DNA of 64,000 bases from positions 70,644,550 to 70,708,549 of the forward strand of contig NC_068986.1 of the NCBI RefSeq assembly GCF_001194135.2, read 5' to 3'. The DNA comes from Octopus bimaculoides (Eukaryota). The notes beneath the pieces were generated by a model. It was not told the origin of the DNA, made no database searches, and was given only the letters and a program-made list of their open reading frames with translations. A program made the position numbers and the translations under genes. Positions 24,564-36,136 of this stretch are shown here, piece by piece (position 1 is the first letter of the stretch; each line of letters opens with the position of its first letter).

Positions 24564-24770
24564 AAGGCAGCAAGTTGGCAGAATCGTTAGCACGCTGGTT
24601 GAAATGCTTAGCGGTATTTCGCCCGTTACTATGTTCTGAGTTCAAATTCCACCGATGTTGACTGTGCCTTGCATCCTTTCGGGATCAATTAAATAAGTAC
24701 CAGTCATGCACTGGGGTCGATGTAATCAATCCCCTTCTCCCAAGCTGCTTTTGTGGCAAAACTTTGAAAT
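24564..24770 (+). mobile_element. tRNA-derived SINE, family B
   Basis: ggcagcaagttggcagaatcgttagcacg...gagttcaaattcc head, following an (ATT)n run. Confidence 0.8.
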
Positions 24771-25039
24771 TATTATTATACATAATATTATAATCTCATG
24801 ACAGCCAGTGAATGTTACCAAATGGTTTGTTTTATACTAGAACCCTTCCAGCAATAGAGAGATAAAATTAACAATCATTGGACATGACTGAATGGAAAAG
24901 TATGGCTTGGGCTATTTGCTATTGGAGACCTTAAAACACATCCAGTTCTTGGATCTCAGAGTTGTACAAATTCCAAACAAAAAACATGGTTGAAAGAATA
25001 CAGCCAAAACAGAAAACACAAAAGACAATGTTGAGTGTG

Positions 25040-26060
25040 TGACCATTTGCTCATTTTGAAAATGATAAGGCCTGGTGTGGATCAAAGCTAGTTGAGAGGA
25101 ATTTCTTACTAACTATATCAAGAATAAAAAGGCCTTATGGTCACATACATCAGCATTGTCAAACACTCCTATCACTACACAGAAGAAGCTGTCTGGGTGA
25201 GTCCACTTTACCCAGATCAAACCCTTGTCAAATAGTTTTCCTGATGTGCATGATGATGTCAATACCATTGTCACAAATTTTAGTACAACTCCTAGCAAAG
25301 TTGAGTGCACTATATAAAAAATTGAGAGGGGATAAATGGTCACACATTCTATAAGCTCAGGAAGGGATTAACTTATGCCCTTAATTCCCTTGGGGTCAAG
25401 TCACAACAGAGACCAACTTGAAAATACTTGATTGCCTAGACTCAAACACAAGTGCCTATAAACTTTTCCAGTAACCAAATGAGAAGCTGACGTATATTAA
25501 CACAGATTCTTGCCATCCAGCCATGTGAGCACATGAATTTCTAACTTATCTTCAAATAAGGAAACCTTTAATGCCACAGCCCTATATTATAACAAGGCTG
25601 CTAGTGATTTCAAAGAAGGATAGATTATATATCCAACCATAACCCCACCAAAAGAAAACACTACTATAAGGTCACATGGTTTTCACCTCCATTTTCTCTT
25701 AATGTTAAAACTTGTCTTGGTAGGATTTTCCTTAATCTAGTAAAAAAACATTTTCGACAGACACAGAGGTACACGAAAATTTTTAATAGGCATATTTTGA
25801 GGTCTTTTAGATGCACAACTAGCATAAAGAAAATTTTAGTAAATAGATGCAAACAGTGCTGAGGCAAGCTTCTCATGTAGAGATAATGCCACATGCCTGC
25901 TAAATAGTCAATGCAGTACAGAAACAATCATTTATGAGGTGGAAATAATCTCAAATGATCCCAATGGGGCAACAAATGTGTAGAAACATGTTGGTGCTGT
26001 GAACAGCCTCTCAAGATCAGACTCAACAACCCAAGTCCTCATTTAATATCCAGGGGAGAT
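25040..26060 (+). mobile_element. Penelope-like retroelement fragment (RT C-terminus, linker, GIY-YIG start)
   Basis: Broken + frames give KLTYINTDSCHP, LSSNKETFNATALYYNKA, VTWFSPPFSLNVKTCLGRIFLNLVKKHF and IIYEV...HVGAVEQPLKIRLNN, matching PLE motifs. Confidence 0.8.
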
Positions 26061-26089
26061 GTAATGTCACAAGATTAGCAAGATATAGA

Positions 26090-26572
26090 GTACCTTATCT
26101 TCATTGGACACTAAACTCCGCTTGCAAAAACTTTTTGAGGCAAGTGAAATTGAAATTGAACTAAATTCGACGACTGGCACCCATGCCAACATCGTCTCCT
26201 TCATTGGACACGAAACTCAGCTTGCGAAGACTTATTGAGGCAAGAGAAAGCGAAATCGGGATGGAATCTGTGCCCGTGACATGTGTAAGGATTTTCGAGC
26301 GAGATCGTTACCAGTGCCCCTGGACTGGCTCTTGTGCGGGTGGCACATAAAATACACTATTTTGAGCGTGGCCGTTGCCAGTACCACCTGACTGGCCTTT
26401 GTGCGGGTGACATGTAAAAGTACCCACTAGACTCTCTGAGTGGTTGGCGTTAGGAAGGGCATCCAGCTGTAGAAACTCTGCCAAATCAGATTGGAGCCTG
26501 GTGTCCTCAGTCAAATCGTCCAACCCATGCTAGCATGGAAAGCGGACGTTAAACGATGATGATGATGATGAT
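26090..26572 (+). mobile_element. RTE 3'-UTR-derived element (short truncated LINE/SINE-like copy)
   Basis: Highly similar to 15430-15837 and ends in cgttaaacgatgatgatgatgatg. Other copies lie at 30720-30915 (+), 49820-50150 (-), 56890-57130 (-), 57720-57915 (+) and 63230-63275 (-). Confidence 0.85.
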
Positions 26573-27479
26573 AGATGGATACTGAAAGAAAATGCTGCAT
26601 AATATAACATGAAGTAGAGACTGCTAGAAAAAGGCAGGCTTTACCTCAACAGCAATAAGAGAAGCAGATTTTGTTAGGTATTATCTCCCTCTAGCTACAC
26701 AACAAAGCTCTTTAGTTGTAATCATTGTTACTAGGTAAATGTAAATTTTTGTTAAATATTTACCTTGTTATAGCTGCTATGTAAATAAGTATCTACATAT
26801 AACTTGCATTATATAAAAATTCACTACAATGACTGTTACCAAAACACAGAAGTACTTGTGTAAATACAAAAACAAATAAAAAATGCGACAATCCAGTTAT
26901 GCTGGAGTTTCACTGAATGATTGAATGAAATGAGTGATTGACTGATAAGACTTGATAGACATCCACTGGGTGGATAAATAGACAAGTGGGTGGATATATT
27001 TGACAGACAGATAATCTAAGAGTTAATATTTATTGTTTATACTAAATGTATAAATATTTAGCCCTTGATCAGACAAGATCAAGTGGATACATGATCAAAA
27101 ATTTTTTAATCATGATCATCTCATTTTTTGGGGGTGGGTGGGGGAGACAATATTTCAAATACTACATTGAGCGTTTACACTTGGATATTTGAACACATGC
27201 AAGCAAACATTTACATAACCCTTTCAACAACCCACTCACTTTTCCTATCAAGTATAAAACTTCCAGAGCTGCCAAAATCAATGTAGGTATAATGGAAGGT
27301 AGGTCTGGAGTGATTGTTAAATGCTGGAGCTGAGACATGTAGACACCATATGGGTAAAGGTATAAATTTTTCTGGGTAGGCAGTATGTTAGTGGAGTAAG
27401 CATACTACTAACAGAGAAACTGCTAAAGTGATTGAGATAGAGTATGGAGTGGAATCATTAAACTTAGAGTAGCTTTAAT

Positions 27480-29810
27480 TAATGTCACAGCAACATTTAT
27501 CTCTGCATATGCTCTACAATCTGAATTGGAAAATGGACAGAAGGACCAATCCCATGAAACCCTCTTGCAGACTACCTTGATGATGAATATCATGATTGGA
27601 AGCATGGAGGTTAGTTCAAGGAATGAAGAGAGAACAAGGTTGCTGGAGTGCTGAAACACTAATGATTTCATAATTTGCAAAACTTTAGAAAACCATCTAG
27701 CTACCTGATGACCTATCAATCTGGTGAACACACAAGCTAGAGAGACTTCATACTCTCTAGAAAATAAGATAGACAAATAAATGTAAATGTTAAGTCTTTC
27801 TTAACACAGGTCAGTGGTTAGTGACTTCAAATTTAGAGCTAAACAAATTCAGAGACACAAATCAGTTTGGCAAAAAGTATGGAAACTTAAAGTTCCATTG
27901 AACAGTTAGGAATTTAAAAAAAGTACTAATTGAAATATTTGATAATAGGAAGAAAGAAATAAAAGACTTGAGCATAGAAGACAACTAGCATTTCCTACAG
28001 TATGACCTGTTGAGGGTTACAGACTAAGCTTGTAGCTGGTACAAGGTTCCTAAAAGACTGAAGGTAACATGGTAGTAGAACAATGGGACAAACAAAGCTA
28101 CAATAGCAAAGAGACAGACTTAGAAAGGCATGAAGAAAAGCAGCAGGGAACTATAGCAGGTAGCTAGAAGAGAAACTAGGCAACAGGTATACATAACAAT
28201 GCGAAAAACAGAATATAAGAGGTTTGCCAATGTTTAACAGAATGAGGATCATAGGTGTGAAGCATTTTGGATTGCATGGCAGTGTACCAGAGAAAATCAA
28301 AACATTGTGGGTGAGAAGTGGGTACCAAATGCTATTTAAAAAAAGGCTACTAAATGTGAAGAATGCATGAGAGAAACAATGTCTTCCCAGCATAGACCCA
28401 AGAGACAGCAGTGTGAGAAAAAAAATGGAAGGATATGAAGTTGGTCCATCAGGAACTATTGCTGAAATACTCAAAATATCTGGCAGAGTAGTGCTAAAGA
28501 ATGCATGAGAAAAACAATGTCTTCCCAGCATAGAGCCAAGAGAGGAACCAACAATTCTAATAGACAGCAGTGAGAAAAAAATGGAAGAGTATGAAGTTGG
28601 TCCATCAGGAATTACTGCTGAAATACTCAAAATATCTGGCAGAGTAGTGCCCTATACAGTTAATCAGATTGTGCAGGAAGGTGTCTTACCTAATGACTGG
28701 CACAGTAGCATCATATTCAGCTGTTACAAGGATAAAGGCAATACCGTAGAAAGAGATAATTACAGAGGTACCAAATTGCTGAACCAGATCATGAAAGTTA
28801 CGGAAAGAGTTAGCCTAGATGAGATGCAGTTCACCTTGTGCCAGGAAGAAGTATTACTGATGCCATCTTCCTAATGACCTCATCCTTATAACTGAATCTG
28901 TAATAAGATTAGAGAAATGCCAGTTGTGGAAGAAAAACCTGAAATCAAAGAGTCTCAAAGTTAACTTACCAAAAACTGTATTACTAAGTAAGAAAACAGA
29001 CAGGACTCTACTTCCAGCAGGGAAATGGCCTTGCTCAATACGTAGAAAATGAGTAGACATAAATTCCATATGATGAACCCAGGGCAAACTATGGACACAC
29101 AAGAAGTACAGTGGAAGTATAGGCAGGTTGACAGAGAAAGTAGACTTTGTATGTGGTAGATACTCATGAGCAACAAGCACTAATAGTGATTGGCTATTAG
29201 ATACTCTTAAATGTACGAGGGAATTCCTGAAAATAGTAGATAGCTGCTGTTACCTAAGTGATCTAACTGACAGTGATTAAGGATGTTCTGAAATTATAGT
29301 AGCTAGAGTAAGAGCAGGTTAAAGAAAGTTCAGAGAGCTACTACTATTGCTGATAACAAAAGATTTCTCTCTCAGAGTAAAAAGCAGACTGTATAATGCT
29401 TGGGTACAAAACACAATGCTACATGGTAGTGAGACATGAGCACTGAATGCCAAGAACCTGCGAAAACTAGAAAGAAAAGAAGCATCTTCTGCTGGAAGTG
29501 CAATGCCAGTATGAATGAATGACAAATTACAAATGTGTACAAGGGAAATCAGATGTAGTGTGCAAGAAAAGATTGCATTGGTATGAACATATGATACATA
29601 CAGATGAGCACAGCAATATAAAGAGGTGATAATTTGCAGTGGCTGGGACCTGGAAGAAAGATACTCAGAAAAATACAAGACAACGTGAAGATTGATCTAT
29701 CTTAGGATAGTGAGCCTATCAGAGATAATAAAAGACCAAAGATAATTGAAGACGCACATTGCTTGAGGAAACCTAGTGACTTATGCAACAAGCATGGTGA
29801 AACTGATGCT
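27480..29810 (+). mobile_element. RTE LINE, degenerate ORF2
   Basis: GPSGITAEILKISG, NYRGTKLLNQIMKV and MLHGSETWAL in broken frames. It contains an internal ~135-bp tandem duplication at 28360-28650. Confidence 0.85.
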
Positions 29811-29959
29811 AAAATGAGTGGGAGAAGTTAGAGATGGAGGCTGGAAGCTTAATGCATATGCACATATCTGGGTCGCTATGTTCTTGTGAAGTTTACATCC
29901 CACTGTCCCTCTTCTGTATAATTCTGTTGTTGTAATTAATAATAACAGAGCCCATTACT

Positions 29960-30140
29960 ACAAATATTGATTTCAAATTTTGGTACAAGGTCAGCAATTT
30001 TGGGAGAGGAGATAAGCCGATTACATTGACACTTCCCCAGTTTTCAACTGATACTTATTTTATCGACCCCAAAAGGATGAAAGGCAAAGTTAACCTCGGC
30101 AGAATTTGAACTCACAATGTCAAGATGGATGAGATGCCCC
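29960..30140 (-). mobile_element. tRNA-derived SINE, family B
   Basis: Reverse complement of the 24564 family. Confidence 0.7.
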
Positions 30141-31099
30141 ATTACTACATATATTATCACCCTTTCTGTTCTGCCACTCATCACTCCTTACTTCCTGGGC
30201 CACTTCTTACTGTCCTCCATCCTTCATTCTTCTTACTGTCACCCACTAGCTCACCAATGACCACTTTCATCCCTATCTACCTATGACTATTTCTATCCAT
30301 CACTCACTCCAGCTTACTCTGGCAAACTTTACCCATCCTTCTTGATTCTTCTGGCCCCACATTCTTTCCAATTTGCTTACATGAACATGTTACCTAAGGT
30401 AACCCTCAGCACCAACATCTTTCGTTCTTTTCTCTAGCATCATACCCTCATCCCACTCAAATATATTGTGGGGTAAGAGGAGGTAAGTCCTAAATTTGCT
30501 CCTACTTAATCCACTCCACTGTCCTTTTTATCACTCACCGACTCATTCTCACTAACTATGTCACTACTTTTTCTCTTCAATTAATCCTTTCCCTAACGCT
30601 CTAAATTTCTCAACTAACACTCTACCAACAATAAGCCTGCTCCTCCAATCATACTTTAACTTCTCAATACCTTACCTAAAGTCACCACTCTTTCTCCTAT
30701 TCTCCTTCTCTGACAAAGACTTTAGTCTTGCAAGTTACAATCCAACCTCACTAATGCTGGTACCACAAAAAAGCACTCCATACACTGTAAAGTGATTGGC
30801 ATTAGGAAGTCATAGAAACCATGCCAAAAAAAGATCAAGACAATATCCACAGACCCATTGGATCCTGCCAAAGTGTTCAACCTATGCCAGTGTGGAAAAT
30901 GGGTATAAAATGATGACTTTAGTTAATGTCTTTCTGTTTTTTAACAAAGTAGGATGTGATTTGAGTGAGATTGGAAGCAATTTCTTGTAGATACCTGTGC
31001 CCCTTTTTTTTTAAAGTTTGGTAAAGTTACCAAACGTGTGTATATTGTTGCTACATCACTTCCATTTTGTATCAGTGAACAAACATTCAAATACATACA

Positions 31100-31480
31100 A
31101 GTTCAACTTAATTTCCTTCCCCCAACTACATGGTCTCAGGTTCAGTCCCACTGCATAGCACCTTGGACAACTATCTTCTACTACAGCACTGAGTGAATTT
31201 AGCAAACTGAAAGAAGGCCGTCGTGTGTGTGTTACTCTCTCTTTGCCATGACATCGCAATACAGTTTTTAAATGACTATAACTATTATGCAAGCAGTGTC
31301 CTTTGTTTTCAATCTTCTATGAAAAAATATCTGGTCTCGGAAAATACTTTAATTAGAAATAGGTGATGGTTGGCGACAGGATTAGTAAGTATCCAGCCAC
31401 AGAAAATCTACCTCAACAAATTCCATCTGACCAATGCAGGCATGGAAAAGTACACGTTAAATTGTGATGATGACAATGAT
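31100..31480 (+). mobile_element. SINE family A variant with RTE-like 3' tail
   Basis: Family A head followed by ...gcatggaaaagtacacgttaaattgtgatgatgac. A similar copy lies at 53020-53420. Confidence 0.7.
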
Positions 31481-31799
31481 ACATGACATTCCTAGTGTAT
31501 CAAAAACATTCTTTGGATGTGATATTTTTAAGTATATTAAATTGCAATTTTGCAAAAAAAAAATTTTTTAATTGGCTGCGTACCTCTCCCCACTTCTGTA
31601 CATTTTCAGTTTTGACTTAAGAAAATTTTTGCAGATTGATGTTTTGAACATCTGAAGTTGTGATTCTTCACAAACATGCATAATAAACATCCGGAAAAAA
31701 TTTTCCAAACGTCAAAACTGAATAATTTCGAAAAATAATTTCGCCGCGTATGTGTATACACGTTTTAGCCTGGTTTTCATGCCGTTTAAAAGCGATATG

Positions 31800-31995
31800 A
31801 GAGTACAAGACAGCCCCCATTCCTGAACGGCATGCCAGTTTTTCGCTGGAGTAGCTCCCCAGCTATCGCTAATTGTCATTTCTATCACGAGATGAAAGCG
31901 CCTTCTTCAAGGACTCAATACGTCATGCGATTCGAGAATCGAACCCACACCTAGCGATTGTGAGCCCAACATCCAAGCCACTATGCCACGTGCCT
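31800..31995 (-). mobile_element. tRNA-derived SINE (other family)
   Basis: The minus strand has tggcttggatgttgggctcacaatcgctaggtgtgggttcgattctc (A/B-box-like) followed by a non-tRNA body. Confidence 0.55.
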
Positions 31996-33171
31996 TCACA
32001 TTGTGTCTATATGTGTGTTAGTGCATGTAACTATAAACGTGCCTGTACATACATGTACATTCATAACATGTACGTGTGGGTGTGCGTGAATATTTAAAGC
32101 TAAATAATTTACCGAAATAAAACGAAAAAAAAATCACCCAAAAAAGCTTATTTGAAATCGATATTTTTATATTTTTCGAAAATAAAAAATATAACCTTAA
32201 AAATTAATTTTCTACATACTTTTTTTAATGAATTCGGCACAGGGGAAACATTTTTTGTCTTCTTAAATCGGTAATTAACATGCGGTAATTGTTAATTGCT
32301 AAATGCTTCATAATGGAAATTAGAAACATTTACGTTAAGAATATTATAAAAGCTGAAATTTTTCAGCAACTACCTTCGACAAGCTCAGCCACCCATTTCG
32401 ACGATGTCAGGAAATTACTACTGCGAAATGATGGAATTAGCGGCATAAAAAGTTAATCGATCTGTGGGGAATGTTTTAACCGTTTAAATAGAACAACACA
32501 CGTGTTAGAGAAAAGGGAAAATGAGAATATAAATAATAATGATTAACTTATAAGGAAACTTATATTGTCAACCCTAAAATAGAAGCTTATTTACATGATG
32601 TTGCATGAAGGAGTTAATCGTTCCAGCCAGCGCTGAGATAAATCAAGGGCGGGGAGACTTAAACACCGCTTAAAATAACATCAAAGTAACATATGTATCA
32701 TCAATTAAGATAAAAACTCAAGAATTCTTGGCTTAAAACCAAATAATAAACCAAAACCAAAGGATTTTCATAAAAGACCGATTTTAAATCAAGCATGTAA
32801 ATTAAAAATACACATAAGAAATAAACACGTAAATAATTTACGAATATCAATTATCTTTCTTAGGTGTGATTTGTGGATGAATATTTTGGCAGGTATGTAC
32901 ACCACAATATTATATCTTACTGGATCTGGTCGCGGTTTGATAAATTATTGCTGTACATATGCGTACGAACGAACGCAAATACGACTTGTAATAAGATAGT
33001 GGACACGTAGAGGATATAACATAAATCAACAGAGAAAAAAAATGTTATTTTATGACTCTGTGATAATATTACGATCTACTTATGAGCTATTAGATTTAGC
33101 CTTGAATAAATTTACAAACTTTTAAGTAACATATCTTAATTTGACAGCTAATATAAAATATTACATAGTAA

Positions 33172-33632
33172 AAATGGCGATCGCACTTGAGGAGGTAGAA
33201 GTTATAAGAAACTAAATGAATTTACCCTTACTCTGGCAAGAAAAAGTATCAGAAATATACTGACCATACTTAATTTCGCATCTTTGCATACGACCATAAG
33301 GTTCGAATATTTCTTCCAAGTCTCTTTGTCGCGTATTTTTGCTCAATCTTCCTATGAAAAGCTGACCCTCCGCTCTCCGTGACATGATGGCTGCTACACC
33401 GTTGAATTACGTGTGAAAGTTGCAACACAAAAAGTGGAATTAAATATTAGAAGAATTATTTTTAGCCGCATTTAACTTTTAGTAAACCGTTTAAATGAGT
33501 ATAATAAATAAGAATTGATGACAACAATTAATGCTACTTGGATATTTCATTTTGGTTATTTATCACTTTTTTTCACTAAAGATCACAGTATTTGATATAG
33601 TTACACAAATCCTTCCAAACAGAAGATGGCGG
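33172..33632. promoter_or_regulatory. Putative promoter/first-exon region of the SR gene with YY1-type motifs
   Basis: AAGATGGCGG at 33623-33632 and AAAATGGCG near 33172-33180 flank exon 1 and match the YY1/Pho consensus. CpG is visibly retained from about 31.7 to 33.7 kb. Confidence 0.45.
33265..33385 (-). CDS. SR-type RRM splicing factor (SRSF4/5/6-like RRM N-terminus), coding exon 1
   Basis: The reverse strand reads ATG TCA CGG ... AAG TAT G|gtcagt = MSRRAEGQLFIGRLSKNTRQRDLEEIFEPYGRMQRCEIKY+G (121 nt, phase 1). It has an RNP2-like LFIGRL motif resembling SRSF4/5/6 RRM1. The exact orthologue was not assigned. Confidence 0.9.
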
Positions 33633-34689
33633 TCTTGATGGTGATATCTCCACTAAGAAATATTGATTTTTATTTTATTTTGTTTTATTTTTATTTTTTG
33701 CATTTTCATCAGTTATATACAGTTTTTTTTTTTCGTTACTTATTCAAAAATATATTCTTATAAAAAAAAAGATCAGATAACGGAGTTTGGTATTCTGAAT
33801 AGGCTGGAAAAATAACTTTATTATAAAATCATTTTCGAAAATGACAAATTTGAAGTAAAAATTAAACAAACAATTATTTTTCTTGCTCCTTACAACATTT
33901 GAATATTCAGAAAAATAAAATGTAATTATAATTAACTTCCAAATTTGTTGCTCATTTGCTTGCTCAGAATCCAAGCTCATGTTTTGTGTCATTCATTAAA
34001 AATAGATAGTAGAGAATACAAGATTTAACAACTTCCACAATTGTTTTATAATTTCAATTTTGTTTTGAAAGCTGATGCAAAAGGAACCAAATATGAAATG
34101 TATTATGCTTTTCTGATGAACTGTGTCAATAACTCAGATTGTTCACAAATATCAGTTGTTCAAAATTACCCCTATGAACTTATATATTTTGTACTTCATT
34201 TGTCTTTCAGTGTGTAAAGTTTTTATCTTGAAATTTTGTATTTAATTTTTATTCAAGTCATATAAAATACATCCAATAATATCAAATATATCAAAAGCAG
34301 AAGAATATTAGATACCTAGATTAGTCTATTTAAGCATAAGTGGCATGAAAATATTACTAAATGCATTATGAAACATCAATTGTTTTCATTCATTGTCTTT
34401 ATTATTGGTTCAACTTTCTATTTTCTGTTAAAATGGATTAGAACATATAATGTAGTATCAGAGAGAATGGTCAAAATTTTAACATCAAGTTAACTTGTGT
34501 TGTGTGTTTGATAGATATAGAGGTAAATTGGGTTTTGCTGTAACGTGAGACAGCTATTACGCCAATAATAAACACACACACTAGTTCAATTTCACTTCTT
34601 TATTATTAGTCAACTAGGTCATTGCCTGCCGTTATGCTACCTGTAAAAATATTTGTTAATCATGCACATACGTTCATAAATTGTTCAAA

Positions 34690-35215
34690 ATGAAAGTCTT
34701 TTTTTTTAGTCTGTGTTGTCTAAATGTTGAAAGACATAGAAATACACACACACACACAAACAAACAAACAATCCCAAAAAGATAAAAACTATATATATTA
34801 TATACGTACATACAACCTTTCTTTGAAGTTGGTGTTGTGCTGTGTTGACAGACTTGCACTTAAAATTCCTGTATTTTTAATCAGAACTTGTTAGTTACTA
34901 TAGTAACAACACTACTTATCGATCTATCTTTCACACACACACTCTTTCTCTCACTGTATTTCTCAATAACAACTTTTTCTGCTCTCTATCTTCTACTCAA
35001 AGGTCTTTTTTCAAAGTCTGTCTCTACATTGACAGAGAAACACCCTCTCACACACACACAAACAACCAAAAAAGATATCCATATATATTTTATAAATTCA
35101 TACATACAGTTTTTTTATGTGTGTTGCATTGTGTTGACAGATTTGCACTTGTTAGTTACAAAATTTGTTAATTACTATAATGACAACACTACCATTTTAT
35201 CTCTCCTTCACACAA

Positions 35216-35268
<53 letters not shown>

Positions 35269-35400
35269 GTATTTCTCTCTTGACAACAACTTTTTCTCTT
35301 TTCCTTCTTCTAATCAAAGTGAAAGTCTTATTTTTTTAACCTGTTGCATTGTCTATATGTTGAAAGATACAGAAACACACATGCACACAAATAACAAAAT
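34690..35400. repeat. Degenerate ~320-bp tandem repeat (about 2.3 units) with embedded (CA)n/(CT)n
   Basis: The motifs gttgaaaga(c/t)a(t/c)agaaa, tgtgttgacaga(c/t)ttgcactt and acaactttttct recur with roughly 310-330 bp spacing. Confidence 0.6.
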
Positions 35401-35408
35401 ATAACTAT

Positions 35409-35468
35409 AGATAGATAGATAGATAGATAGATAAATAGATAGACTGACAGACAGACAGACAGACAGAC
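35409..35468. repeat. (GATA)n/(GACA)n compound microsatellite
   Basis: Directly visible. Confidence 0.9.
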
Positions 35469-36136
35469 ATAAGATGAATCAATGAAAGAGTCAGTACATA
35501 GTCACATGATCTACTGAAAATACTAAGCTAAATCTCTCTTAAATCACATCATACTACCTTGCAAAAAGGAAAGGGCACATTGAACAAAGTAGAACCTGAT
35601 ATATAAAAATAACAGATTGGTCATGACTGGAATGTTTTTGAACATGTCACATATTTGTTTTCCTGATCTATCCAAGTACCACCTGCATTAGAAACCATAT
35701 GTATATTCTCTGACAGTATCATTCAAGATGTATTCAGCAATTTTGCCATGTTAATGCTCTTTAACAGATTGAATAAACCATCACATTTAAACCTACTGGG
35801 TTTTCTCATTCTTCCTTTATCTACACACACACATATATTGGAACTCAAACCAACTTAATTAATGCATGCACCTCATTAAAATTCTATTTCCTCATTTAGA
35901 TTCTTACTTCTTTCTCCTTTTCACCCTAGTTCATCTTTCACAGATGCCTTCTCTTCTGCCGCTCTATTTGTTACATTGCCCCATAGAAAAAGACACAACA
36001 TAAAGTGAAGGTAAGGAAGAAAGTACTCTTTTTGTCTTGCAGAGTACAAGGCAACTTCACTAATGCTGGCACCAAAATAAAATACACCTAATACACTCTG
36101 TCAAGTGGTTTGTGAACTAGTAAAGATAAGTAGGGT

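Noticed and set aside
30130-30720. Strongly C/T-skewed 600-bp tract
   Set aside because: It abuts an RTE-UTR-type repeat and similar tracts adjoin other copies (35820-35990, 57060-57160), so it is probably part of that repeat family.
33627-33760. ATG GCG start suggesting a divergent plus-strand gene
   Set aside because: It runs into T-rich low-complexity sequence with no good donor or downstream exons. It is better explained as a YY1-type motif.
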